DNA from: an uncultured Bacilli bacterium
GTDB taxonomy: Bacteria; Bacillota_I; Bacilli_A; RF39; UBA660
DNA length: 64,000 bases
Reading direction: 5' to 3'
Assembly: GCA_934167665.1 (NCBI GenBank)
Contig: CAKPLN010000005.1
Coordinates: 33,414-97,413, forward strand
This document shows, in pieces, positions 1-10,293 of this stretch. Positions within the stretch are counted from its first letter, which is position 1. Every line of letters starts with the position of its first letter. The notes under the pieces are model-generated. The model ran no database searches, had not been told where the DNA came from, and saw nothing but the letters and a program-made list of their open reading frames with translations. A program made the translations under genes and the position numbers.

Positions 1-683
1 CCACCATAAGGACTAGCAGCACTATTAGAATAATAATTTGGATTAGTAATAGTATCATCATAATTAAATCTAAGATCTAAGCCACTTAATTGTTTCTTTA
101 AAGCTTTCCTTACATCTATTTTAAACATACCATTCTCTTCAATTATAGCACCATTCCAAATACGACTATCAGTTGCAAACTTAGGATACTGATCATACTT
201 CCAATCTGGTCCAGCACAAGAGCTAACATAAGCAATGATGTTATCATCATTTGAATTATATACTTCCTTTAAAGCTTGATAAGTCATATAAGGCATATAT
301 TTATCAATTAAGTCAGCACTACAATGTGCAATAGCAACAACACCATTTTTAACATCCTCAATCATCACCACTGGACAATCCGCAATAGGATGACCAATAA
401 CAACACCTGGAACTTTATCTGTAATAATCAATATATCTTGGCTAATATCAGACCAACCATTAGGATTATCATTAACATAATCCCTAGTAATTTCAAAATA
501 AGAACCAGTCCTATCTTTTTGTTCAGCCATAAACATCTTATGAGGATCAAATCCATAAGCCTCGCCCATCAACTTACGGTGTTCATAAAATAATTTTCTT
601 TTTTCATCCCTAGTAAGATTTCCTAAGAAACAGCCACCATTCATATTACCAAAACGATTACCAGAATCTATAATATTTACCAT
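1..683 (-). CDS. YfiH/PgeF-like (DUF152, laccase-domain) protein, C-terminus cut by the window edge
   Basis: Minus-strand ORF not in the track because it runs off the window. The ATG at 683 is preceded by a GGGGGG RBS and the N-terminus reads MVNIIDSGNRFGN.... Motifs GHPIADCPVVMI and VAIAHCSADL resemble the His-Cys-His motifs of YfiH/PgeF (ADCLPV ... AAAHAGWRG). Confidence 0.4.
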   Translation of the reverse strand, partial: MVNIIDSGNRFGNMNGGCFLGNLTRDEKRKLFYEHRKLMGEAYGFDPHKMFMAEQKDRTGSYFEITRDYVNDNPNGWSDISQDILIITDKVPGVVIGHPIADCPVVMIEDVKNGVVAIAHCSADLIDKYMPYMTYQALKEVYNSNDDNIIAYVSSCAGPDWKYDQYPKFATDSRIWNGAIIEENGMFKIDVRKALKKQLSGLDLRFNYDDTITNPNYYSNSAASPYG

Positions 684-743
684 TCATTTTCCCCCCAATA
701 CTCAACTGATGCATATTATATCAAAAATTATAAAAAATGTAAA

Positions 744-768
744 TAAAAAAGAGGCCTAGCCTCAATTT
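744..768 (-). terminator. rho-independent terminator (bidirectional) after the 769-1239 gene
   Basis: GAGGCctaGCCTC hairpin flanked by an A-run on one side and a T-run on the other. Confidence 0.5.
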
Positions 769-1239
769 TTAAACTAAATTAAATTTATTTTGTACCTGTT
801 GTTTATCAACCGGTTTAACCAAATATTGAAGATGTGGAACAACACTCTCATAATCAGAGGCATAAGCTTCTCTAACCTTATTCCAAACTTTATTCGTCTC
901 TTCATTCCCTTTTAAAATAAAATCATCAATAGAATCAGTAACTTTTAATTTAGTTTTTGCCAAACTTAAAATAGCAATTTTTTCCTTAATTATAAGTGTA
1001 GCAGTACCCAAATCATAAGTACCATCAGAGGAAAACATATTAGTATCCTTATACCCATCGTATAATTTATTCATTTGTTCTAATCCTAATCTTTTAGCTG
1101 TTCTATACGCTAAAGATAGCTCTCTTCTTTCAATATAAGATAGTTTTAAATACTCCTCTTCAGAATATCCTAGCTTATTTCTAATAAGCATATATGCATC
1201 TCTTTCTTCTGGAAAATCAACAACATCTTCAAATTTCAT
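769..1239 (-). CDS. hypothetical protein (156 aa)
   Basis: Intact ORF packed tightly upstream of the terminator; no recognisable motif. Confidence 0.5.
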   Translation of the reverse strand: MKFEDVVDFPEERDAYMLIRNKLGYSEEEYLKLSYIERRELSLAYRTAKRLGLEQMNKLYDGYKDTNMFSSDGTYDLGTATLIIKEKIAILSLAKTKLKVTDSIDDFILKGNEETNKVWNKVREAYASDYESVVPHLQYLVKPVDKQQVQNKFNLV

Positions 1240-1252
1240 ATAATTAACTCCC

Positions 1253-2623
1253 TTAAAATTTTATTCTTTTTTCTACAAAATCACTAACCTCATCAACATT
1301 TAAAACAACTTGTTCCATTGTATCTCTATCTCTTAATGTTACTGTGTTATTATTTATAGTTTCGTCATCAATTGTAATACAAAATGGTGTACCAATAGCA
1401 TCTTGTCTACGATAACGTTTACCAATAGAACCAGTTTCATCATATGAAACCATAAATTCCTTATTAAATCTCTCATAAAGTTTTTTAGCTTCTTCACCAT
1501 GATATTTCTTACTAAGTGGTAAAATTGCTAACTTATAAGGTGCAAGATATGGTTTAAAACGCATAACTTCACGTACTTCACCATTATCTAACTCTTCAAC
1601 ATCATAAGAATTATCTAATACTGCTAAAACACATCTATCACAACCAACAGTAGATTCAATAATATATGGAACATATTTTTCATTTGTTTCAGGATCTAAA
1701 TACTCTTGAGATACACCAGAATATTCTTGGTGACGTCCTAAATCATAATTAGTTCTATTATGAGTACCGTTTATTTCACCCCAACCAAAATTAAATTTGT
1801 ATTCAATATCACAAGCTTCTTTAGCATAATGCGCTAATTTTTCATGATCATGATATCTTAACTTATCTTCAGGCAATCCTAAATCCATGAAATATTTCTT
1901 AGCATATTCTTTAAAATAAGCATAAAGGTCACTATCACTACCTTCTTTACAGAATGTTTGATACTCCATTTGCTCAAATTCAATAGTTCTAAATGTAAAA
2001 TTACCTGGTGTAATTTCATTTCTAAATGCTTTACCTATTTGCCCAATACTAAAAGGTAATTTAGCACGCATACTTCTTTGAACATTTAAAAAGTTAACAT
2101 ATTCACCTTGCGCATTTTCTGGTCGAAGATAAACTTTATTTTTTCCATCTTCTGTTACTCCTCTATGTGTTTCAAACATTAAATTAAATTGACGAATATC
2201 CGTAAAGTCAGTATGACCACATTTAGGACATGGAACTTTATGTTCTCTAATATAAGCTAACATTTCATCTTGCGTCATTCCATCAGCATGTGCATCTGGA
2301 TCAAAATCATCAATTAAATTATCAGCACGATGACGCATTTTACAATTCTTACAATCTATTAAAGGATCAGAAAAGCTTGCAATATGTCCACTAGCTTCCC
2401 AAACTCTAGGATGCATCAAAATTGCCGCATCAACTTCATAAGCATTACTTCTCTCTTGAATAAATCTTTTTCTCCAAGAATCCTTAATATTATTTTTTAA
2501 TCTAGCTCCAAGTGGACCATAATCCCAAGTATTAGCTAAACCACCATATATTTCACTTCCTTGAAATATAAAACCATATTGCTTACAATAAGCTACTAAT
2601 TTTTCCATTGTTAATTTTTCCAT
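1253..2623 (-). CDS. glyQS: glycine--tRNA ligase (single-chain class II GlyRS)
   Basis: 456 aa with class II aaRS motifs (FRNEITPGNFTFRTIEFEQME ...). The length and domain order match the dimeric GlyQS type. Confidence 0.9.
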   Translation of the reverse strand: MEKLTMEKLVAYCKQYGFIFQGSEIYGGLANTWDYGPLGARLKNNIKDSWRKRFIQERSNAYEVDAAILMHPRVWEASGHIASFSDPLIDCKNCKMRHRADNLIDDFDPDAHADGMTQDEMLAYIREHKVPCPKCGHTDFTDIRQFNLMFETHRGVTEDGKNKVYLRPENAQGEYVNFLNVQRSMRAKLPFSIGQIGKAFRNEITPGNFTFRTIEFEQMEYQTFCKEGSDSDLYAYFKEYAKKYFMDLGLPEDKLRYHDHEKLAHYAKEACDIEYKFNFGWGEINGTHNRTNYDLGRHQEYSGVSQEYLDPETNEKYVPYIIESTVGCDRCVLAVLDNSYDVEELDNGEVREVMRFKPYLAPYKLAILPLSKKYHGEEAKKLYERFNKEFMVSYDETGSIGKRYRRQDAIGTPFCITIDDETINNNTVTLRDRDTMEQVVLNVDEVSDFVEKRIKF

Positions 2624-3430
2624 TTAAAACTCCTCCAATTTAAGTTGATATACACTAATATCTTTTCTTTCTTCTCTTGCCTTTTCAACCATCAAATTAT
2701 CATTATGACTACTAACAAAACGTCTAGTAAATGAAGCAAACTCTTGTGGTATAGTAACAGAATATGCCTTATCATCAGAATCACAAATAGTAAATTCAAA
2801 CTCCCCATCATCATGACCAAACTCTATCATATCAATCTGCCTATCAGCCATAATAGTCTCTAAAGCATGTCCAAAAAAAGAAGCTTCATCTAACATTTCT
2901 GTATCATTTTTCTTTTGTCTTACTAAATAAAAATTAGCTACATTTTCATCTGACTCCTTACCAAGTGAATAAGATGACACTGTATCAGATACATAGAACC
3001 TAAAAGTTTTACAATCACTACCCATTAAATCATTTAAAAATTCTTCTCGTGATTCCTCATAATTATCTGCAATATCATTTAAAACTTCTCTATTAGGTAA
3101 CTCTGAAAAATTTAAACTTCTCTCACTATTATTAGCAAAACAAGACATACTATCACCAGTTGAAAGTAAGAATCTAGAATCAAGTCGACTTATTTTACTA
3201 TAATCTAAATAATATTGTACAATCTCTGAAACAGCTTCATCTCTAGACAAACCATTTAATCTCTCAGAAATAAAATGTGGTAAAAACAAACAGTTACAAT
3301 CATTATACTTTGTAGTTAAAGCACTATTTCGCCCCTTTCTACTAACAATAACCTTATCATGATAAATACTAATACTATGATAAAAATTAGAATCTAATAT
3401 CCTTAAGCCCTGAATTTTCATTGCGTACAA
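2624..3430 (-). CDS. hypothetical protein (268 aa) co-transcribed with glyQS
   Basis: Its stop abuts the glyQS start with no gap. It lies between the T-box leader and glyQS. Confidence 0.5.
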   Translation of the reverse strand: MYAMKIQGLRILDSNFYHSISIYHDKVIVSRKGRNSALTTKYNDCNCLFLPHFISERLNGLSRDEAVSEIVQYYLDYSKISRLDSRFLLSTGDSMSCFANNSERSLNFSELPNREVLNDIADNYEESREEFLNDLMGSDCKTFRFYVSDTVSSYSLGKESDENVANFYLVRQKKNDTEMLDEASFFGHALETIMADRQIDMIEFGHDDGEFEFTICDSDDKAYSVTIPQEFASFTRRFVSSHNDNLMVEKAREERKDISVYQLKLEEF

Positions 3431-3439
3431 CCTCCTAAA

Positions 3440-3620
3440 TAAAAAACTTCCAGAACAATATAAGGACGAAATAAATCCGCGGTTCCACCTTACTTATTCT
3501 AGAAGAATCATCTCTTGTCTATACTGCTAACGGTTTTCCAAGCCGGTCATCGCACTTATAACTACAATATACTAGTCTTTTTTAAAGATGTCAACATTAA
3601 GTTAATATTTATATATTTAA
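3440..3620 (-). promoter_or_regulatory. T-box riboswitch leader (probable Gly specifier GGC) for the 268-aa/glyQS operon
   Basis: The minus-strand transcript contains AAGUAAGGUGGAACCGCGG (the T-box consensus AAUUAGGGUGGUACCGCG) at about 3476-3492. A U-rich tract follows. accGGCuug lies upstream at about 3540. Confidence 0.65.
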
Positions 3621-3690
3621 TTTTTATAAGTTTTAAAATACAACAAAATTTTATCAAAAGAACTAAAACATAAAAACTCAAATAAATCAA

Positions 3691-4440
3691 TTACACACTT
3701 AACTGATTAATCCTTTTAATAAACTCCTTACTTTTTAAATATATTCCAGTATACTTATCATAATATTGTTCTAAAAACATTCCAATTTCTTTATTAACTT
3801 CATTAGATACTTCTAACTTAGTAATATTTTTAACATCAACATAATAAAACAATCTAATCATCTTAATAGTCTTTTCACTAACTATACCTTCATTATGATA
3901 ACAATTCCTACAAACGTATCCACCCATATCAGCAGAAATAGTAACAATCTCCTTATCACTACCACAATTACTACAAAAATCAAGACATGGAGAAACACCT
4001 AAATAAGTAAGTAATTTTACTTCTAAAATATTAGTAAGTGATACTGGACTAAATCCATCTTCTAATTTAAGTAATACGGAAGAAAATAAATCAAAAATAT
4101 CTGCATCATTATTTTCTCTCACAACTTGTAAAACTAAATCTATCATAAAAGATGCATAACTTACCTTTTCTAAGTCCATTACTATATTAGAAAACGAACT
4201 AATCAAATCAACACCAATTAAAGTAGATAGACCATTTTCTTTATAATATACATGAAACGTCCCATAAACTAACTTTCTACTAACACCACGCAATTTACTT
4301 TTTATGTTTCGACATCCTTTAGACATAACTCCAATCAAGCCATATTCCTTAGTTAAAACATTTAAAATTTTACTAGATTCACTATAATTAGTTTCACTTA
4401 AAACAATACCATCAAAACTTTCGATTTTCAAAACAATCAC
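3691..4440 (-). CDS. recO: DNA repair protein RecO
   Basis: 249 aa with a C-terminal CxxC...CxxC zinc motif (CSNCGS ... CRNCY). Sits in the conserved era-recO-glyQS neighbourhood. Confidence 0.8.
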   Translation of the reverse strand: MIVLKIESFDGIVLSETNYSESSKILNVLTKEYGLIGVMSKGCRNIKSKLRGVSRKLVYGTFHVYYKENGLSTLIGVDLISSFSNIVMDLEKVSYASFMIDLVLQVVRENNDADIFDLFSSVLLKLEDGFSPVSLTNILEVKLLTYLGVSPCLDFCSNCGSDKEIVTISADMGGYVCRNCYHNEGIVSEKTIKMIRLFYYVDVKNITKLEVSNEVNKEIGMFLEQYYDKYTGIYLKSKEFIKRINQLSV

Positions 4441-4585
4441 TTCTTCTTAATTTCTTGTAATAAATTATAATATTTAATATTACCAGTCTTTTTAAATAAA
4501 TCCCATAATAAATCAACCATTAATATCACCTCTATTAATATAGTGATAATTTAGTAAACATATTATGCAAATATTTAAAAATTAA

Positions 4586-5476
4586 TTATTCATCCTCTTC
4601 TTTTAAGCCAAGTTCTAAGAAGTATTTTTCTTGATCTCGCCAATTTTTTAAAGTTTTAACATAAGTTTCTAAAAATACTTTTTTTCCTAAAAATTGTTCC
4701 ATATCATGTCTTGCTCTTGATCCAATCTCTTTTAGCATAGCACCATTTTTACCAATAATTATTTTTTTCAAATTATCACGATCAACAACAATTAAAACCT
4801 GAATATGAACAATATTTTCATCTTCTTCATAGTTTTCTACATAACAAGTAACCGTATGTGGAATCTCATCATGAGTAAGCATCATTACTTTTTCTCTAAC
4901 AAGTTCCCCCATAATAAAACGTGTTGTAACATTAGTTAATTCATCTTCAGAATAAATAGCTTCCATCTCTGGTAAATTCTTCTTTATACAGCTAATCAAG
5001 ACATCAACATTATTTTTTTCTAAAGCCGAAATAGGTATAATTTCTGCAAAATCATATAATTCTTTTAATTTAGAAATTTCTTCTAATAAAATCTCTTTAT
5101 TTTTAACTTTATCTATTTTATTTAGAAGTAAAAATACAGGTACTCCTTTATCTTTTATTTTATTAAGAACAAATAAATCTCCTTGTCCAAAACCTTTAGA
5201 AATATCTACTAAAAATAAAATAATATCTACTCCATCTGTAGAATTATAAGCTTTCTTATTTAAAAGTGTACCTAATTTATGAGTTGGTTTATGAATACCA
5301 GGCGTATCAACAAAAATAATTTGTGAGTCATCATCATTATAAATACCTTGAATAATATTTCTAGTAGTACCACTAACATCAGAAGTAATAGCTAACTTCA
5401 TTCCAAGCAAACTATTAAGTAAAGTACTCTTTCCTACGTTCGGTCTACCAACCAAACTAACAAATCCACATCTCAT
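4586..5476 (-). CDS. era: GTPase Era
   Basis: G1 motif GRPNVGKSTL, DTPG, NKID and a C-terminal KH domain; 296 aa. Confidence 0.9.
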   Translation of the reverse strand: MRCGFVSLVGRPNVGKSTLLNSLLGMKLAITSDVSGTTRNIIQGIYNDDDSQIIFVDTPGIHKPTHKLGTLLNKKAYNSTDGVDIILFLVDISKGFGQGDLFVLNKIKDKGVPVFLLLNKIDKVKNKEILLEEISKLKELYDFAEIIPISALEKNNVDVLISCIKKNLPEMEAIYSEDELTNVTTRFIMGELVREKVMMLTHDEIPHTVTCYVENYEEDENIVHIQVLIVVDRDNLKKIIIGKNGAMLKEIGSRARHDMEQFLGKKVFLETYVKTLKNWRDQEKYFLELGLKEEDE

Positions 5477-5862
5477 TACTTTAAATCCTCACTGCCAAAA
5501 GGATAAGGACATAACTCTTCAACTGTATGTTCAACATAACGTCCGTCTGTAGCAAAACATCTAATAATAGCCGTTTTATCAAAGAATTCAGTAATAACTT
5601 GTCTACAAATAAAACAAGGCATACCAATATCACCACTAGAAACCATAATGTTTAACTCTTTAAACTGACCCTTTTTGTATCCAGCACTAACAGCACTAAC
5701 TATAGCTGATCTTTCAGCACAAATTCCAGCTCCATAACTCGCATTCTCAACATTAACGCCACAAAATTCTCTACCATCATCCATTACCAAAACAGCTGAA
5801 ACAGCATAATTAGAATATGGAGAATAACTATTTTTATGTAATTGTAATAATTTTTCTTTCAT
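5476..5862 (-). CDS. cdd: cytidine deaminase
   Basis: 128 aa with zinc-ligand motifs CAERSA and PCFICRQ. Confidence 0.85.
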   Translation of the reverse strand: MKEKLLQLHKNSYSPYSNYAVSAVLVMDDGREFCGVNVENASYGAGICAERSAIVSAVSAGYKKGQFKELNIMVSSGDIGMPCFICRQVITEFFDKTAIIRCFATDGRYVEHTVEELCPYPFGSEDLK

Positions 5863-5876
5863 AAACCCTCCTACAT

Positions 5877-6326
5877 CTATCTAAAAATACCACAAGCATC
5901 CAAAACTTCATCCTGCTTTTTAAACATAACCTCTTCATCTTCCTTAGTCATATGATCATAACCCAAAAGATGATAAAAACCATGAACCGCTAAAAAAGAC
6001 AATTCTCTAAGTAAACTATGTCCATACTCTAAAGCTTGACTTTTGGCCTTATCAATAGAAATATAAATATCTCCAAGTATTCTTTCATCTCCGCCAACTA
6101 TTAAAGTATCATCATCTTCCAAAGCAAATGTAATAACATCAGTTTCTCTATCAATATGTCTATAATTTTTATTAAGTTCGCGAATGTACTCATTATCAAC
6201 AATAATCAAATTAAACGAAGTATTTTCAAGATTTTCCTTTTCCATTGCCTTATATAAAACTTTTTTTACCTCATCTAATTCCAAAATATCTTGATTAACT
6301 TGATTAAAAATTTCAACTTTATTCAT
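5877..6326 (-). CDS. ybeY: rRNA maturation endoribonuclease YbeY
   Basis: 149 aa with the HGFYHLLGYDH metal-binding motif. Confidence 0.85.
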   Translation of the reverse strand: MNKVEIFNQVNQDILELDEVKKVLYKAMEKENLENTSFNLIIVDNEYIRELNKNYRHIDRETDVITFALEDDDTLIVGGDERILGDIYISIDKAKSQALEYGHSLLRELSFLAVHGFYHLLGYDHMTKEDEEVMFKKQDEVLDACGIFR

Positions 6327-6335
6327 AAATACCTC

Positions 6336-6953
6336 CTACACCAATAATACAATAAGTAAAATCAATATTAAAATAGAAATAACATTTAATACTACGTCCT
6401 TTCGTAATATTTCAGGTAATTTATACCATATTTTATCAGTTAAATAATAAAGGAAGAAACCAAGAGAGCCACCACAAACATTAAGTATTATATCATCAAC
6501 ATCAAAAACTCTACCTATCATCATTTGAACAACCTCAATTGAAATTGAGGCAATAAGCGTAAGCATAAGTGACACACTATATTTCTTATTATGCAACAAA
6601 TAACTAGCAAAAAAACCATATGGTAAAAACATAATCATATTACCTAAAACATTCTTTAAGAATAGACGACTACCGATATTATAACGCATAATCTCCCTAA
6701 AAGGAATAAAATTATTTGATGACCAACTAACATCATCTTGAAATGTAACAACTTGGAATAAACACATTATATATATAACAAAACTAAGCATTAAAAATTC
6801 TTTATAAAAAACAACCTTTTTCTCTCCACGATACTTAATCAAATAGCTAACTCTTAAAGAAACCAAAATTACAACTGAGATTAATATCATGGGCCAAGTA
6901 AAATTAAGAACTCCATAAATAGTTTTAGACAATGGCTCAAGCACATATATCAC
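6336..6953 (-). CDS. VanZ-family membrane protein
   Basis: Multi-TM protein with the VanZ-like NVLGNMIMFLPYGFFASYLL motif. Confidence 0.55.
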   Translation of the reverse strand: MIYVLEPLSKTIYGVLNFTWPMILISVVILVSLRVSYLIKYRGEKKVVFYKEFLMLSFVIYIMCLFQVVTFQDDVSWSSNNFIPFREIMRYNIGSRLFLKNVLGNMIMFLPYGFFASYLLHNKKYSVSLMLTLIASISIEVVQMMIGRVFDVDDIILNVCGGSLGFFLYYLTDKIWYKLPEILRKDVVLNVISILILILLIVLLV

Positions 6954-8092
6954 TCCTCACTATCAACTATATCAGCAAAATCCGTAATATCTTCTTTTAC
7001 CTTAATAAATACTTCCACTATTATTTTACTATCTTTCTCACTCTTTTTCAAAACTTTTTTAGATAGTACAACAGTTTCTCCTCTTAGTTTATTTTTTAAC
7101 TTCGATATAGCTAAATCTAACGCTATATTATCAATATTTGAAATATCATAAGAATAAACCTCTACATTAGTTTCTAAATATTTAGAAAAATTAATACTAA
7201 TAGGTAAAATATTAGAACCAATTAATTGCCTACTACTCCTCTTATAAGTCTTAAAATTATTAAAAATACTAAATGTTTTCCCCAAAAGATTAATCTCTAG
7301 TTGCCTCTTTTCTCTTCCAGTAACTCTTTCCTCTCTATATTCTTTAGGTATTTCCAAATTAACTTTATACCAAACTTCTCCAAATATTTTCCCAACAGCA
7401 CATCTTTTAGATACAACTACCTCTTTATTATGAATAACACCACTAATAACAATATCACCTTTTTTTAAATAATCATTCTTCTTTCTTACAACTTCTCCAA
7501 CATCTGCCTGTATTTCTAATAATCTAGCATCCTTTTTTGCTACTATATTTCTATTTTCACACAAATCCTTAACATTATTCTTTTTTCTTTGCTCAACTTT
7601 AACAACATATTTAGTACCAACCTCTTCTATTTCTAACCATTCAATATCATTAGTTTCTTTTTTTAATATCCAATCTACTATTTTTTCTTTCTCCAAAAAA
7701 CTAACCTTAAACCTATATTTATAAATACCTTTTTCCTTCAAATTATTATAAATAATCTCTCTAATATAAGCATTAGAATGAATAACTTCAACATCAAAAA
7801 TAACATTACTAAGTAAAACAATAACACCAACTCCAAAACCAAGACAAACTAAAAAAAATAAATATTTCTTCACAAAATATTTAAATTTTGCCACTCCATA
7901 ACTATCTAATACATAATATTTATAACTAGTTTTAATTTTCTTTAATTTATCAAAATCTTCAGTTGAAATAATTATTTCTAATTTTTTATATTCTTTCTTT
8001 ATTTCATAAATAAAAATATTATTTTTAATTAATTGTTTAATAAAATAATCAGGATTTCTACCTTCAACTACGACCTTATATTTACTCATCAT
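6950..8092 (-). CDS. yqfD: sporulation protein YqfD-like
   Basis: 380 aa with a single TM near residue 90. Positioned next to yqfC and yqeY as in the Bacillus rpsU-yqeY-yqfC-yqfD cluster. Confidence 0.5.
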   Translation of the reverse strand: MMSKYKVVVEGRNPDYFIKQLIKNNIFIYEIKKEYKKLEIIISTEDFDKLKKIKTSYKYYVLDSYGVAKFKYFVKKYLFFLVCLGFGVGVIVLLSNVIFDVEVIHSNAYIREIIYNNLKEKGIYKYRFKVSFLEKEKIVDWILKKETNDIEWLEIEEVGTKYVVKVEQRKKNNVKDLCENRNIVAKKDARLLEIQADVGEVVRKKNDYLKKGDIVISGVIHNKEVVVSKRCAVGKIFGEVWYKVNLEIPKEYREERVTGREKRQLEINLLGKTFSIFNNFKTYKRSSRQLIGSNILPISINFSKYLETNVEVYSYDISNIDNIALDLAISKLKNKLRGETVVLSKKVLKKSEKDSKIIVEVFIKVKEDITDFADIVDSEE

Positions 8093-8339
8093 AGAACACC
8101 TCTATAGATTTAATTCTCCCAGAAATTAACACCTCACGTTCTAAGAGTCTTCTTAAAGATAAATTTTTACCATTTATACTAAAAATTTCATTATTACTCC
8201 TAATAGTAATATTAGAACCATTTAGTTCTAATATTTTATCAAAATTAACAATATAAACTTGGTCACTAAAAAAGATAAGTCTAAATTCTCCATCTACTAT
8301 ATACTTCTTTATCCTATCAAGTCCAATCATTAATATCAC
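8082..8339 (-). CDS. yqfC: sporulation protein YqfC-like
   Basis: 85 aa small protein. Its start overlaps the yqfD start and synteny fits. Confidence 0.45.
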   Translation of the reverse strand: MILMIGLDRIKKYIVDGEFRLIFFSDQVYIVNFDKILELNGSNITIRSNNEIFSINGKNLSLRRLLEREVLISGRIKSIEVFYDE

Positions 8340-8386
8340 CTATAAAAGTATATGTAAAATAAAAAAAGAAATGCTTTTAACATTTC

Positions 8387-8824
8387 TTAACTTAATTTAT
8401 TTTTTATAATTTCAGAAACACTCTTCATATCAGTTTTACCCTTTAATTTACTAGTTGCTTCCTTCATAACTTTACCCATATCTTTTTGGCCTTGAGGTTT
8501 TACTTCTTCAAATATTTCCTCGATAATTTTTTTAACCTCGTCCTCTGATAATTGTTCAGGTAAATATTTTTCTAATATAGCTATTTCATTCTGTGTTTTT
8601 TCAATTAAATCATTTCTATTACCTTTTTCAAACTCAACAATAGAATCTTTTCTCATCTTAATTTGTTTATTAACAACATCAATTAATAAATCATCATTTA
8701 TTTCTCTTTTATGGTCAATATGTTCCTGATCCATTGCTGCTTTAACCATTCTAATAACAGTTAATCTTTCCTTTTCTTTATTCTTCATCGCTTCAATCAT
8801 ATCATTCTTTAATTTTTCTACCAT
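8387..8824 (-). CDS. yqeY: GatB/YqeY domain protein
   Basis: 145 aa, helical, with typical YqeY composition. Sits next to rpsU. Confidence 0.75.
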   Translation of the reverse strand: MVEKLKNDMIEAMKNKEKERLTVIRMVKAAMDQEHIDHKREINDDLLIDVVNKQIKMRKDSIVEFEKGNRNDLIEKTQNEIAILEKYLPEQLSEDEVKKIIEEIFEEVKPQGQKDMGKVMKEATSKLKGKTDMKSVSEIIKNKLS

Positions 8825-8873
8825 AGTCTCATCTCCATACTAGTATTATAAAATATTAAAAAGAATTATTCAA

Positions 8874-9785
8874 TTATTTATTAACAGAATCAACGTATGT
8901 CTTAACCAATGTCTTAGCTTCTTCTTTTGAATAATCTGCATTATTATTAGCAGCCTTCTCAATATTATTACATTCTTGTAAAAATCTATTATAACTATCA
9001 GAACTATCAAGCGTACTAGTAAATGCTAAACTAATATCTTTTAAATTACCATTTAATCTACTATTTACTAAAACCCCTCTAAAAGTATCATCTTTATATA
9101 ATGGTTCAACTATATCAGTAATTATATTATTAGTTGCTAAAGATAATGTATAGGATGGATCTAATTCTCTACAAATAGAAGCTATTACATCATCATGAGG
9201 TAAATCATCAGCAAATTTCTCTGTAGAACGAACCATATCAACAACCTGTAATCCATTAATAGCTTCTTCCAAACCTAAAACTTCAGTTTTTCTAGAATCA
9301 AAATACTCAACACATAACCCCATTCTCGCAACATAACTACCTTTCTTCTTTAGTACCGATTGATGTAAAGAACTAATAATATGATTCATCTGATGAATAA
9401 CACTATTAACTAAAACAGGCATTGGAGTTGAAGTTGAAACATAAATATTTCTTGTAAATTTAAAATGTCCTTTTTTTAACCCATTAGTAGCATCAGAAGC
9501 ATAAACTGTTCCTGGACAATGATTAACTAATTTTAAAACTACATCTTCTGGTAAACTATATTTTGTAGAAACATACCTAACAAGATCACGGCACTCAATA
9601 AAATTAGCTTTTAAGAAAGCCATATATACTTCATCAAAATGTTCACTTCCATAATAAGTTACTAAAATAGCAAATACTAGTGTTTTAATATCCGTTAAGC
9701 TGTCATCCTCTTTTTTTACATGATTTAACTGTTCAACCATTGTTCTAGAAACTTTTAAAAGCTGACTAACATCATTAATTTGCAT
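8874..9785 (-). CDS. hypothetical protein (303 aa)
   Basis: Intact ORF with its own upstream region; no motif recognised. Confidence 0.45.
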   Translation of the reverse strand: MQINDVSQLLKVSRTMVEQLNHVKKEDDSLTDIKTLVFAILVTYYGSEHFDEVYMAFLKANFIECRDLVRYVSTKYSLPEDVVLKLVNHCPGTVYASDATNGLKKGHFKFTRNIYVSTSTPMPVLVNSVIHQMNHIISSLHQSVLKKKGSYVARMGLCVEYFDSRKTEVLGLEEAINGLQVVDMVRSTEKFADDLPHDDVIASICRELDPSYTLSLATNNIITDIVEPLYKDDTFRGVLVNSRLNGNLKDISLAFTSTLDSSDSYNRFLQECNNIEKAANNNADYSKEEAKTLVKTYVDSVNK

Positions 9786-9848
9786 AAACTCTCCTCCTAT
9801 AAACGCTTGAATATAATATCACACAAATAAAAAAAATAAAAGTACTTA

Positions 9849-9878
9849 TAAAAAAAATAGAGATTAATAATCTCTATT
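9849..9878 (-). terminator. rho-independent terminator overlapping the rpsU stop codon
   Basis: AAUAGAGAUUAUUAAUCUCUAUU hairpin followed by a U8 tract on the minus transcript. Confidence 0.6.
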
Positions 9879-10067
9879 ACTAGCACGATTTCTCTTTTGA
9901 GAATTCTTAATTCCTTCTTTTTTAGCAGCTCTTCTTCTAACCCCTGGTTTATCGTAAGCTTCTCTTTTTCTACATTCTGAAGGGACACCATCTCTTGCTA
10001 CTTTCTGCTTAAATTTTCTTAGCGCCTGGTCAAGATTACCTCTAACAGTTACTTTAGTCGCCATCAT
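9864..10067 (-). CDS. rpsU: 30S ribosomal protein S21
   Basis: 67 aa and basic, with the S21 signature LDQALRKFKQKVARDGV...KREAYDKPGVRRR. Confidence 0.85.
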   Translation of the reverse strand: MMATKVTVRGNLDQALRKFKQKVARDGVPSECRKREAYDKPGVRRRAAKKEGIKNSQKRNRASNRDY

Positions 10068-10293
10068 TATCCCTCCCTTCGTTTTTAACTACAATGAATT
10101 ATAACAAAAGTTTTATTAGTTTTCAACAATTTTTTCCGTTTTTTTTCTTAAATTAAAGCATTTTCATACAAAATTCGCAAATTTTCACCAATTTCAATAC
10201 CAAAAGAATATAAATATTTAAATATTAAAGCTAATATAGGAATCATTAAAAGACCACATATAATTAAAATTGGCTTTTTATACTTTATAAAAA

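Noticed and set aside
324-593. 89-aa plus-strand ORF (MCNSNNTIFNILNHHHW...)
   Set aside because: It lies antisense inside the better-supported minus-strand YfiH-like gene (1-683) and has a low-complexity Asn/Ile-rich composition typical of spurious AT-rich frames.
9797-9991. 64-aa ORF overlapping the rpsU 3' end
   Set aside because: It shares DNA with the rpsU coding sequence and its terminator and has a poly-Phe/Tyr junk composition, so it is treated as spurious.
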